Positions 50,092 through 59,834 are shown, counted from the whole stretch's first letter. The stretch: DNA of 63,719 bases, filler included, from Candidatus Nanoarchaeia archaeon (GCA_035290625.1; 7 parts of 7 records of this genome joined end to end with filler, not necessarily neighbours in it); one strand, 5' to 3'. Translations and numbers: made by a program. Notes: a model not told the origin generated them from the sequence alone.

Positions 50092-51254
50092 TTCTTGGAG
50101 TGTTTAAATAGGTTTTGGAGAATTCGGCTTTGCCTTAAAGGTAGTCCATGCCTAGTCAGGGATTTGATAAGACTCCAGATAGAACCAAATCCCTAATGAT
50201 TTCTATCGAGCAGCAAATGGAACGATAATCGCCCACCCATTGAATGTGCCCCCCAGTCATAGTATGGGTATTTACGTTTCTCCATATTCTTGCCAATTCC
50301 AATCCCTTCCTTATGTCCTGTTCAAAATTGTATTTGTGCTCTGGTAAAACTTTATTGAGATTTTTTATTAGAAAATGAAGACTATGGGTCTTCGTAATCA
50401 AATAGAGGTCTTCCACCTCTCTTAATTTTATAAGTTGCTGTGTATTGGGTTTATTATGCTTGTTTATGCTATAGCCCCTCTTTAAGTATACTGTCTTTAT
50501 CATCAGTTCAATAGCAATGCCTAAAAATACTCTGCTGCATCTATTCTTGAACATAATCTCTTTGTTTGATATTTGTCCTCTTTTTACCATTTCTCCATAC
50601 GGAGTATGAAACTCGTTATGTAACTCAATATAATTCTGGGCTTCCTTAGCAAATCTGATTACATCACTCTCATCAAAAATCTTAAGATAATATTTTTCTC
50701 TTTCTTCAATAAATTCTTCAATCGTCGTTTTAGTATCTTTTTCAAGTTTCCGCCTAAAAGCCCCTTCTGTATTGACGCAGTTTGTTTCCCTTTTCTTGCC
50801 ATCCGGAGCAGAAAGTTCAAGGTGGGTACAAATTGTACTCCAGTTCGCATTCAGAACAGGGTCGTGGCTTCGCATCTTCTTTACATATTGTTTGGGATCG
50901 GCACTGTCTGTAAGAATTGAGATGATGCCAAAAACAGAGAACCACCACTCATTATTGTGCCAGGCTCTCCTGATGTTCTTTCCCTGAAAGACAACGATAG
51001 CGTTACTCATGCTTTGTCCTATCCTATGGTCTTAACTATAGCGGAAGAGGCAAATAATCGTATAAACATAGTCGCCTCTTCCGAATATAGCCACAGAGAA
51101 TCATGTACTAAAATTAATCTCTGTTGCTATAAATTAATTTACGACCTTCTCCTTGAGGTTACTCGTCCAATATGCAGATTGGATCAATATACTCTTGCAA
51201 ATTGACAGGTGTTCCCCCCCAATGGAGATGGTTCTTGGAGTGTTTAAATAGGTT
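50092..51254. repeat. 23-bp direct repeats containing a minus-strand TATA box (50092-50114 and 51232-51254)
   Basis: ttcttggagtgtttaaataggtt occurs twice, with weaker similarity continuing to a G-rich RBS-like stretch. Confidence 0.85.
50156..51010 (-). CDS. Truncated Bro-N domain fused to a HEPN-like domain
   Basis: FQGKNIRRAWHNNEWWFSV...APDGKKRETNC; then AIELMIK...THSL...RNVNTH (R-X4-H). Confidence 0.7.
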   Translation of the reverse strand: MSNAIVVFQGKNIRRAWHNNEWWFSVFGIISILTDSADPKQYVKKMRSHDPVLNANWSTICTHLELSAPDGKKRETNCVNTEGAFRRKLEKDTKTTIEEFIEEREKYYLKIFDESDVIRFAKEAQNYIELHNEFHTPYGEMVKRGQISNKEIMFKNRCSRVFLGIAIELMIKTVYLKRGYSINKHNKPNTQQLIKLREVEDLYLITKTHSLHFLIKNLNKVLPEHKYNFEQDIRKGLELARIWRNVNTHTMTGGHIQWVGDYRSICCSIEIIRDLVLSGVLSNP

Positions 51255-51271
51255 GGTGGTGGTGGAAAAGA

Positions 51272-52846
51272 TTAGGTGATTACTGCCAATTTAATATCAG
51301 TATTTTGGTTAGAGACCTCATTTATTATTTTTTCATTATTAACTGTCCAAACGATTCTATTATCATTGAAATCTAATTCAGGATGATTTTGGAGATTGAT
51401 TCCATCGACCATGATTCCAACATTTCCTATATATTTATCTATGTCAAAATCACCACGTTCAACAATGATCGTTCTCTCATCATTGGAGCCCCATAGATTT
51501 CCTTTGATAGTGGAGTATTTATTATTGCTGAAATCGTATATTCGTACGTAATTTCTCCATTTGTCGCAAACATCTTCCGTCTGATCATGATGTTTTTTAA
51601 GGCATACGCTGAATAGGTCCATGGTTGGATCAAATCCTGACAGAACTTCGTTAGGAACGCTTGGGTTATAAAAGACTGGTTTTTTCTTTAGATCTAATAA
51701 TGCTAGATCTTCTAATCTCCATCTTAGCGAATAGTCTATGGCAAAACTTCCTTTGACTTGTTTATAAGGGACATTCACTCTTTGATAGTCCCCACTACTA
51801 ATATTAAAGATGTTACCTCCAATTAGAAGTCCGCTTTGTAAATATCCTCTGGGATTGGGAAGTCCACCATACAAATATTCATCATCTTGGCATAATCTTT
51901 CTGAATGAAGACAGTCAATAATGGTTGGATCTCTCTTTAGGATATCCTCACAGGTATCGGGAGTGCATATTCTTTTTAGATTAGGAGGGGTTGGGTCATC
52001 AATAATCATTAATGCGCTTGTTTTAAGCTCCTTTGGTGGTTCCCAATTCCGTTTTCTTAATTTTTGTATCTCAGACGGAACAAACTTGATTGGTGTCTTT
52101 AAGAGAGGAGACTCTTTCGCGCATACAAGCGTCTTCACGGAATCGTTCTCAATAGTTGGGAAACTTGGACCCGCCACACGAGGTTCCATGTCTTCAGCTC
52201 CGAAACATTTTACTGTAACAATCCTATTTGGGTCTCTGTTAATTCTATCCGTAGTATCGTATACACCGTTATCTGTTATTATATAGTCTCCATCAAAACT
52301 TCCTTTTGCGATGATACCTAATGCTAGATTAACATTGGATAATTGTATAAACTTATTGTTTATGATATCATACATAAATAGCTCGCTACTCCAATATCCT
52401 TTTTCGTTGGACAATTTTGGGATATGGTTAATTAGATCTCCCTCATACTGCTTGTGAAATAAGATGAGATTCTTCCTGATAAAAGGTTTGAAATCTTCTC
52501 CATCAAAAACAGTAATTTGAGATTCTTCTTCTTTGGGGATATCGTAGAGATAGACATCGGTCTTACCGTTTCTATAATCTTCCCATACGACATAATCTCC
52601 TGAAACAGTGGGGTATTTTTGAATGAAATCATCATTTGTGATATTATAAAATCGGATGTTCTCGCTCGTTTGCAGGCATTTCTCAATTTCTGTATTTGTT
52701 TTTGTATCCCAGAAATCAAATTTAATCTTCTGGAGGTTTTCATCATTATAGGTGTTGCAATTAGAATCTCTAATTCCAGTATTCTCCGTGTCAGCGCAAG
52801 CAGAGATGATCAGGAATATGGCTAATAATATTATGATTAGCTTCAT
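51272..52846 (-). CDS. Lipoprotein with TolB-like beta-propeller repeats
   Basis: ISAC lipobox; PTVSGDYVVWEDYRNGKTDVYLYDI; visibly AT-rich. Confidence 0.75.
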   Translation of the reverse strand: MKLIIILLAIFLIISACADTENTGIRDSNCNTYNDENLQKIKFDFWDTKTNTEIEKCLQTSENIRFYNITNDDFIQKYPTVSGDYVVWEDYRNGKTDVYLYDIPKEEESQITVFDGEDFKPFIRKNLILFHKQYEGDLINHIPKLSNEKGYWSSELFMYDIINNKFIQLSNVNLALGIIAKGSFDGDYIITDNGVYDTTDRINRDPNRIVTVKCFGAEDMEPRVAGPSFPTIENDSVKTLVCAKESPLLKTPIKFVPSEIQKLRKRNWEPPKELKTSALMIIDDPTPPNLKRICTPDTCEDILKRDPTIIDCLHSERLCQDDEYLYGGLPNPRGYLQSGLLIGGNIFNISSGDYQRVNVPYKQVKGSFAIDYSLRWRLEDLALLDLKKKPVFYNPSVPNEVLSGFDPTMDLFSVCLKKHHDQTEDVCDKWRNYVRIYDFSNNKYSTIKGNLWGSNDERTIIVERGDFDIDKYIGNVGIMVDGINLQNHPELDFNDNRIVWTVNNEKIINEVSNQNTDIKLAVIT

Positions 52847-52960
52847 TAGATGGGCTAATGATTGCTTATGTATTTAAATTTGACGTTCAGAATGTCGTTA
52901 TGATCTGAGCGTGAAGCAAATTCTCGTTGGTTATATGTAGTTGAATTCATTGTAAATTTG

Positions 52961-53899
52961 TTAAGATGATTTAGATTTCTTAAACCATTCAATCGTCTTT
53001 TTCAAGCCATCCTCAACAGAAACATTGGGCTGCCAGTTCAGGAGCTTTTTTGCCTTGGTTATGTCTGGCTGCCTGACTCTGGGGTCGTCGGTTGGGAGGG
53101 GTTTGCGGATGATCTTTGAGGCTGAGCCGGTAAGCTCAATGACTTTCTTTGCAAAGTCAAGGATTGTCCATTCATCAGGATTTCCGATGTTGATGGGATT
53201 ATTGATATTTGACATGAGGAGCTTGTAGACGCCTTCTACCTCATCTGAAACGTAACAAAAAGAGCGTGTTTGCGAGCCATCACCAAAGACCGTTAATGGC
53301 TTGTCTGCAAGTGCTTGGGTGATGAAGGCTGGGACGACTCTGCCGTCATTTGGCCGCATTCTTTCGCCAAAAGTGTTGAATATGCGGACAATCTTTGTAT
53401 CCACATTATGGACGCGGTGGTATGCCATGACTATTGCTTCGGCGAAGCGCTTTGCCTCGTCGTAGCAGCCCCTCAGGCCGACAGGATTCACATTCCCCCA
53501 ATAGGTTTCTGGCTGGGGTTTTACCAATGGATCTCCATAGACCTCTGATGTTGACGCAAGAAGGAAAACTGCTTTCTTTGCCTTTGCAAGGCCAAGGGCA
53601 TTATGCGTGCCGAGAGACCCTACTTTCAATGTCTGGATCGGGATCTGCTGGTAATCAATAGGAGATGCTGGAGAGGCAAAATGGAGTATGTAGTCCAGAT
53701 CTCCTTCAATCTCAATGTGCTTGGATACGTCATGGTCTATCAAGGAGAATTTTTTATTTTTTTTTAGGTGGGAGATGTTCTTTTCGTTTCCGGTAATAAA
53801 ATTATCCATGCAGATGACTTCATGGCCTTTTTTGAGAAAATACTCGCAGAGATGGCTTCCTAAAAAGCCTGCCCCTCCTGTGATGAGTGTTCTTGGCAT
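52961..53899 (-). CDS. UDP-glucuronate decarboxylase (UDP-xylose synthase)
   Basis: [36 protein letters not shown]. Confidence 0.93.
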   Translation of the reverse strand: MPRTLITGGAGFLGSHLCEYFLKKGHEVICMDNFITGNEKNISHLKKNKKFSLIDHDVSKHIEIEGDLDYILHFASPASPIDYQQIPIQTLKVGSLGTHNALGLAKAKKAVFLLASTSEVYGDPLVKPQPETYWGNVNPVGLRGCYDEAKRFAEAIVMAYHRVHNVDTKIVRIFNTFGERMRPNDGRVVPAFITQALADKPLTVFGDGSQTRSFCYVSDEVEGVYKLLMSNINNPINIGNPDEWTILDFAKKVIELTGSASKIIRKPLPTDDPRVRQPDITKAKKLLNWQPNVSVEDGLKKTIEWFKKSKSS

Positions 53900-53922
53900 C
53901 TTCGTTTATGGTAGTTTATTAC

Positions 53923-54081
53923 AGCTTCGATGAAAATCTCGTTTCACTCGGGCAGCATCAGGTTCGCCTCGCACGTATCCTTGGGGTAAGCGACATTCCC
54001 CGGATGGGACGACCCCTTTGTCGCTGGGCTGTCTTGCTTCAGAGGCTCACGGATGATGCTGCCTTCATTTTCATCGAAGCT
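53923..54081 (-). repeat. Structured MITE-like element, copy R9
   Basis: TIR agcttcgatgaaaat/attttcatcgaagct; core gcgacattccccggatggg...gtcgc; flanks gtttattac/gtttgttgc (7/9 match). Confidence 0.85.
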
Positions 54082-54093
54082 GTTTGTTGCAGT

Positions 54094-54831
54094 TTAGGGT
54101 GTAAACTCCCTTCTTGCTTGCTGCAATGATTCCAGCCAGCCGATGTCAAACCATTTTTCTGTGTAGACAAAGCCGCAGAAAGGCGTCTTGCTTTTTAAAA
54201 CCCACGCACAAAAATAGCCCATCTTATCTGCGTCATTGCCTTCATCAATATATCTCCTAAAGAGATCGAGCTGCTCTTTGGGGATATAGTAAATGCCTAG
54301 GGAGACATACGTGGATTTTGGCTCTTTCGGCTTTTCCTCGAAGGAGATGATCCTGTTTTCGTTGTCAATGGCTGCGTTTCCGAGCTGCCTTGCTGCCTCC
54401 TTTGACTTTATGTCATAGAGCGGATTGATTATTTTTCTGGTTTTCATGAAGAATTGATACGATGAAGCTAACGAGAAATTGAACAGGTTATCTCCGGCAA
54501 TGATAATGATGTCGTCGTTCAGTTTAAGGTCCTCGATGGCTTTCTGAAGATCACCAATCTGGCCGAGGCGGTCGCTGTTTGAGTTTGTCTGGTCATTGAA
54601 TAATGTGAGCTTGGCATAGGAAGAGACGGTTTTGCTCCAGGCTTCAAACATATGGAAAAACTTATTGTTTGAGATGACGATGATCTCATCGACATCTGTA
54701 AGCTCGTTCAGCTTATCGACGATGTGGGAGATTATTGCCTTTCCCCTCACTTCCAGCAATGCCTTGGGGTGGGTTAAGGTAATGGGATAGAGCCTGGTCC
54801 CATAGCCTCCGCAGGGAATCAGGGCTTTCAT
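54094..54831 (-). CDS. Sugar-phosphate nucleotidyltransferase
   Basis: GGYGTRLYP, PKALL, AGDNL, FEEKP, WFDIG. Confidence 0.9.
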   Translation of the reverse strand: MKALIPCGGYGTRLYPITLTHPKALLEVRGKAIISHIVDKLNELTDVDEIIVISNNKFFHMFEAWSKTVSSYAKLTLFNDQTNSNSDRLGQIGDLQKAIEDLKLNDDIIIIAGDNLFNFSLASSYQFFMKTRKIINPLYDIKSKEAARQLGNAAIDNENRIISFEEKPKEPKSTYVSLGIYYIPKEQLDLFRRYIDEGNDADKMGYFCAWVLKSKTPFCGFVYTEKWFDIGWLESLQQARREFTP

Positions 54832-55583
54832 CCTCTCTCCTCAAAGAGCTTATTTGCTTCATTGTAAGACTCGATGTTCCCTATGTCATAGCGCTTTTCC
54901 TGCAGGAGCAGGCCATACACGGGCATCGCAGAGCAGAGCCATTGGAGGAAGTGGCCAGGGGCGTCTGGATTATGGCCTTGATAGAGATATTCGGATACGA
55001 GCTCAAGATGGTCGCGCGGAAGGATAAAGAATGCCGGGCAGGTCAGCGTTGATTTTGGGTTCTCTGGCTTCTCTTCGAAGGATATGACTTTTCCTTTCCC
55101 ATCCAATACAACTGAGGAATATCTCTTTTTTATGGCATCTTTATTTTTCATGTCGCTCACTGCTATGACGGGAGCTTGTTTTTGGATAAAGAATTCAATG
55201 AGGGTATTGAATGAGAAATCAAAGATGTTGTCTCCGGGTATGACCAGGAGGTCATCATCTATACTGCCTTTATTTATTGCGTAATTGAGATCACCTACTG
55301 CGCCAAGGCGGGTTTCATTGGATGTTGTAAGATCATTGATAATGTGAATTGGGATTCTTGAATTCTGGTTTCCTTTCCAGCTTTCAAAGATAGAATAGAA
55401 TCTTGCGTTGGTGATTATGCTGATTTCGTCAATATTGGTCTCCTCAATTTTTTCAATTAATCTCGTCATTATTTCCTTTCTTGCAACTGTGAGAAGAGGC
55501 TTTGGGAAGTTAACTGTAATAGGGTAGAGCCGGGTTGCATATCCTGCCGCAAGCACAATAGCGTTGATGGTATCACCTTCCAA
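54828..55583 (-). CDS. Sugar-phosphate nucleotidyltransferase (paralog)
   Basis: LAAGYATRLYP, PKPLL, FEEKP, YDIG. Confidence 0.9.
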   Translation of the reverse strand: MEGDTINAIVLAAGYATRLYPITVNFPKPLLTVARKEIMTRLIEKIEETNIDEISIITNARFYSIFESWKGNQNSRIPIHIINDLTTSNETRLGAVGDLNYAINKGSIDDDLLVIPGDNIFDFSFNTLIEFFIQKQAPVIAVSDMKNKDAIKKRYSSVVLDGKGKVISFEEKPENPKSTLTCPAFFILPRDHLELVSEYLYQGHNPDAPGHFLQWLCSAMPVYGLLLQEKRYDIGNIESYNEANKLFEERG

Positions 55584-56880
55584 TTCCTTTGTAGTTGAAG
55601 CCCAAGGCCCTTATCTCAGAAGGCTCGTAAAGGTTCCTTGCGTCAAGGATGTTAGGCTCTGCAAGAATGGTTTTTATGGCCTGCAGGTCAAGAGCCCTGA
55701 ATTCGTCCCATTCTGTCATGATGACAAGAGCATGGCAGTCCTTGATCGCTTCATAGGGGGTATTCCTGAATTCTAAGGAGGTGTGGTTGTTGAAATGGGA
55801 CTTGATGTTTTCTGATGCAACTGGGTCAAATGCAGTTATTTTTGCTCCTTCGTTGAGGAGATGGCTGATGAGCACAATGCTTGGGGCTTCCCTGATGTCG
55901 TCTGTTTTTGGCTTGAAGGCAAGGCCCCAAATCGCAATTTTCTTATCTTTGAGGTCTGGAACAAGGGTCTTGAGCTTTTGGATGATTGAATGCTTCTGGC
56001 TTTCGTTCACTTCATGGACAGCATCAAGGATTTTTGACTGAATTCCGTGCTCTTTCATGGTTGCTGCCAGGGATTGGAGGTCTTTTGGAAAGCAAGACCC
56101 GCCATACCCTGCTCCTGCCTGCAGGAATCTCGGACCAATGCGGTTGTCCAAGCCCATTCCCTTGGCAACCTCCTTGATGTCTGCTCCGACTTTCTCGCAG
56201 AGATGGGAAAGCTCGTTCATGAAGGATATCCTTGTTGCGAGCATGGCATTTGAGGCGTGCTTAATGAGCTCTGCGCTTTGGATTGTGGTGAAGAGGATCG
56301 GCTTGCCTGTGCGCTCTATAGGCCTGTAGAGCTGCATCATGAGCTGTTTTGCCTTTTCTGAGTCAACACCAATGATGACCCTGTCAGGATTCATGAAATC
56401 CCTTATTGCCTGGCCTTCCCTGAGAAATTCTGGATTAGAGACAACATCAACATCTGTTTTTTGCGCTTGATTTTGCAGGATTTTTTCCTTTATTTGCCTT
56501 GCTGTGTTTACAGGAACTGTGCTTTTGTCAATGACTAATTTATATCCATTGGTGTGCTTTCCTATGGTTTCTGCTGTTGAGAAGATGTATTTCAGCTCTG
56601 CAGAGCCGTCTGCTCTTGGAGGGGTTCCGACACAGAGGAAGATGATATCTGAATCTCTGACTGCTTTCTTCTCATCTGAGGTGAAGGAGAGCCTGTTTTC
56701 CCTGATATTCCTCTCTACAAGCTCTTTTAATCCAGGCTCATATATAGGAAGGATGCCTTTTTGGAGGTTCTCAATCTTCTCTTTATCAATATCATATCCT
56801 AAGACAGTGTTCCCCAGATCGGCAAAGCAGGTTGAGATGACCAATCCTACGTAGCCTGCACCGAATACTGTGATTTTCAT
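55573..56880 (-). CDS. ugd: UDP-glucose 6-dehydrogenase
   Basis: True start MKITVFGAGYVGL at 56880; KSTVP, SNPEFLREG, GYGGSCFPKD, FKPKTDD. Confidence 0.93.
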   Translation of the reverse strand: MKITVFGAGYVGLVISTCFADLGNTVLGYDIDKEKIENLQKGILPIYEPGLKELVERNIRENRLSFTSDEKKAVRDSDIIFLCVGTPPRADGSAELKYIFSTAETIGKHTNGYKLVIDKSTVPVNTARQIKEKILQNQAQKTDVDVVSNPEFLREGQAIRDFMNPDRVIIGVDSEKAKQLMMQLYRPIERTGKPILFTTIQSAELIKHASNAMLATRISFMNELSHLCEKVGADIKEVAKGMGLDNRIGPRFLQAGAGYGGSCFPKDLQSLAATMKEHGIQSKILDAVHEVNESQKHSIIQKLKTLVPDLKDKKIAIWGLAFKPKTDDIREAPSIVLISHLLNEGAKITAFDPVASENIKSHFNNHTSLEFRNTPYEAIKDCHALVIMTEWDEFRALDLQAIKTILAEPNILDARNLYEPSEIRALGFNYKGIGR

Positions 56881-56942
56881 CGGAGTTGGGGGTATGGGGG
56901 GTTTTTTATATATGTTGGGTTTTGGTTGGGTTACCGGTGGAC

Positions 56943-57149
56943 GGTCGCATTGAAAAATTGCTCGCTTCGCTCGGCAGCGCCAATACTCAAAAATACTTCG
57001 CATTTTTGGTCGCTCCTGCGGAGCAGTTCGCCATGCGCAAGTCAGGCAGAATAGCGACATTCTCCGAGGGAGGCGACCCTCTTGTCGCTGTGCCGCCGCT
57101 CCGTTATAATGGCTCACAAGAGGGCGCTGCATGACTTTTCAATGCGACC
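56943..57149 (-). mobile_element. Structured MITE-like element, copy R10
   Basis: TIR ggtcgcattgaaaa/ttttcaatgcgacc; 8-bp direct repeat cggtggac on both sides. Confidence 0.9.
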
Positions 57150-57196
57150 CGGTGGACGGAAGGTTTATAAATCGTGAACCCCCCAAAGAGTGGATT

Positions 57197-58702
57197 ATGC
57201 GTCGTGCAAGGCTTTCTAAGGGAGTTCATCCGCTGATTGTGCTGATTGCTGGACTGATTGTGAGCATAGGCATTCTTGCTGTTATCGGGTCGTATACCTC
57301 TGAATTAAGGGCAGGAAAGGGAGCAGAGGTCAGCCATGGGTCGGATGCACAAGAGGATGAGTTGTCTGCTTGCGAGAGAAGCAGAAACTTGGAAAGGAGG
57401 ATATTTGAGACAAACATTTTCCCTGAGTATAGACCTATTAGAAGACAGGTTGCGCTGATTCCAGACAACCAGGGCGATTATTGGGATATTCTTGAGAATT
57501 ATGGAAGCCGCGAATGCAATCAGGAATGCCAGCAGGCTCTTCCCCACGAAGGAGTGGAAGAGCCAAGAGTATATACTCCTGCCAGAAGTAGGCTGCTCCT
57601 CAGCCAATGGGGGCTGCAAGATGAATTAGAGCCGGTCCTTGCGCTGCTTGAACAGATGCATTTGATAGAGTTTTGGGATCCGTTAAAATATGATATGGTT
57701 CGCGAGGCCGAAGACAACAAACTTTTAGTGATGCTATTTGTTTTTCGGGATACGATGGATAGGATAGATCTCCTCATTGATCGTCTTGGTGTTAGAGGGA
57801 TGTATACAGCACCTCTATCAGGAGGCACTCAATCGAACGAATCCAGAGAGTATGAGGCTGTTACAGCAGAGATAGATGCTTTTGATGAGAGGATTGAACA
57901 TGCGTGGAGGGATGTATGCCAGACAGGATACGGCGGCACCTATATTGATGTCGGGTTTGAGCTTCCTAAGGGTGAATGTTTAGGGGAAAATATAGCACTC
58001 CGAAGCCAGGCGAGAAAAATCGGTAGGGATTTGTTAATCTTATTGCGGGATCTCACTCAGGAAGATGCTAACCAGCGATGCCTAAGCGAGAGGCACATAG
58101 TTGAGGCAGAGGAAACCGAACAAATGCTTGAAGAGTTGGGCAGGAGATATGATTTTGTGACTTATACGTATGGCAGCGTCTCGGTTTCGGATGAAGGCAG
58201 AGTATATGAGTTTGAGTTGGTTCCAGAAACCGGTTTACTGCTTACTTGCTCCGGCCGCGATTGCCGAGAAGAAGGAATTCCAGGATATGTAAATATCTAC
58301 CATTTAACTAGGTTTTTAGAACATCTGGCAGATGGAGGAGATGCTGCAGAGTATGTGTTCCCCCACCCACGTAGCCTCTCTGAACTGTTTCCAAATCAGC
58401 CCGTGCCACGGGAAATTCAGAGGATATTGGATGGGTTCGAGGACTTAGCAGGGAGGTATGACTTTGTAAGCTTAATGGACGGAATGATAAAAGATAATGG
58501 AATGGCTATTGTTTCTTATCACGGAAGGGAGTATGCGTTTGAGGTTAACCCTGACGATCCCTGGATCGAATGCCTGAACTGTATTTCAGATCGGCAACCC
58601 GTATTATTATTCTTAAGGGAGTTTGAGGATTTTGTTAGGTATGTTGATGCGTCCGGGAGCGATGCAGATACGTATGAGTTTCCGTACCATGTTCCGGGGT
58701 AG
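57197..58702 (+). CDS. Membrane-anchored acidic protein with a possible class III signal peptide and a duplicated C-terminal domain
   Basis: SKG/VHPLIVLI; two similar units (LGRRYDFV...YVFP and LAGRYDFV...YEFP). Confidence 0.7.
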   Translation: MRRARLSKGVHPLIVLIAGLIVSIGILAVIGSYTSELRAGKGAEVSHGSDAQEDELSACERSRNLERRIFETNIFPEYRPIRRQVALIPDNQGDYWDILENYGSRECNQECQQALPHEGVEEPRVYTPARSRLLLSQWGLQDELEPVLALLEQMHLIEFWDPLKYDMVREAEDNKLLVMLFVFRDTMDRIDLLIDRLGVRGMYTAPLSGGTQSNESREYEAVTAEIDAFDERIEHAWRDVCQTGYGGTYIDVGFELPKGECLGENIALRSQARKIGRDLLILLRDLTQEDANQRCLSERHIVEAEETEQMLEELGRRYDFVTYTYGSVSVSDEGRVYEFELVPETGLLLTCSGRDCREEGIPGYVNIYHLTRFLEHLADGGDAAEYVFPHPRSLSELFPNQPVPREIQRILDGFEDLAGRYDFVSLMDGMIKDNGMAIVSYHGREYAFEVNPDDPWIECLNCISDRQPVLLFLREFEDFVRYVDASGSDADTYEFPYHVPG

Positions 58703-58722
58703 GCAAGTCAAAAATCTTGAAT

Positions 58723-59391
58723 TTACCCAACACCAATATTGGTTGAAAACTTATACACGTCTGCGATTGGTTTACAAAAGAAATTATTAATATATTTTTC
58801 CGGCGTCAGAGATAAATACCTTCGTCTTTGCTCTTTCTCCGAGGTATTGTGTTCTTGCAAAGACCTTTGTGTGGAGTGCATAGCACTGACTAATAATTCA
58901 ACATCAGATCCAGATGTTGTATGGAACCAGGGAATTTCATAGCTTCCGAAATCAGATCCTAAACGCCCCGACAATAGCGCTTTCATGTTGGTTTTGGAGG
59001 AGATTATATCCGCGCATAGAAAATTATACGATCTATAGGATGCTGGCTGTCCTGGCGAATCTCCTGTAAAAGGGAATATGATTCTATCAAGAGAGACCTC
59101 AATGGTGATAAATGGCAATTGGAGTGTCCATTCCCATCCCTCTTCATTATCAGGAAATCCGTCTTGATTGACTATAATGTCCAATTTTTTTTTTACATAT
59201 TTCCTTTTATTTCTCATAACTCTGCCCTTCAGGAAATCCTGCATTGAGAGCAATTCCACTTGGTCATATAAATCGGGTTGGAGTATGAGGGATTCCGGAG
59301 AGAAAGAATAATTAAATGAAAAGCCAGGGCAGGGAAGGTCTAGGTCAATTAGTTTTTGATGGGCGTATCTTAACCAATGGGAACTATTCAT
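58723..59391 (-). CDS. Hypothetical protein
   Basis: 222-aa AT-rich ORF with TATA upstream. Confidence 0.55.
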   Translation of the reverse strand: MNSSHWLRYAHQKLIDLDLPCPGFSFNYSFSPESLILQPDLYDQVELLSMQDFLKGRVMRNKRKYVKKKLDIIVNQDGFPDNEEGWEWTLQLPFITIEVSLDRIIFPFTGDSPGQPASYRSYNFLCADIISSKTNMKALLSGRLGSDFGSYEIPWFHTTSGSDVELLVSAMHSTQRSLQEHNTSEKEQRRRYLSLTPEKYINNFFCKPIADVYKFSTNIGVG

Positions 59392-59493
59392 AGTAGAGAG
59401 AGGTCTAAACTCTCTTATAAGTTTATTGGTGAAACCAGTATGCCAAGATAAGCTCTCGAAAGCTTTAAAAAGCGCCTTTTATTCACCTTAGCC

Positions 59494-59610
59494 GTGGACG
59501 GCCATAGCTGCCTGGATCTACCCGTTCCCATTTCGAACACGGAAGTCAAGCAGGCATACGTTCCTGGGTGTACTGCACTTCTGTGCGGGAAACCAGGATA
59601 GCTGTCCCAC
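59494..59610 (+). rRNA. rrf: 5S rRNA (stand-alone)
   Basis: ggccatagc...acccgttcccatttcgaacacggaagtcaag...gtactg...gggaaac; TATA at 59464; T-tract downstream. Confidence 0.92.
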
Positions 59611-59734
59611 TTTTTATTTCGATGGGAACACAAGCTCTTTTTTTTATTTTTTTAAAGTTCTTGAGGTTTTTAGAGTAGTGTTATGAAGAGGGTTTAGTTT
59701 AAGTATCTCACGCGTGGTTGCCCAGAGGGTGCTG

Positions 59735-59834
59735 NNNNNNNNNNNNNNNNNNNNNNNNNNNNNNNNNNNNNNNNNNNNTTAATTAATTAANNNNNNNNNN
59801 NNNNNNNNNNNNNNNNNNNNNNNNNNNNNNNNNN
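59735..59834. other. Artificial contig linker
   Basis: N run + TTAATTAATTAA + N run. Confidence 0.98.

Noticed and set aside
39947..59734. Treating everything between the two att copies as cargo of a 24-kb island
   Set aside because: Four linkers intervene, and these contigs hold housekeeping genes (purC, ppa, 5S rRNA)
2248..59834. Recurring TTAATTAATTAA palindrome as a biological motif
   Set aside because: Always centred in N runs totalling 100 nt; an artificial six-frame-stop linker
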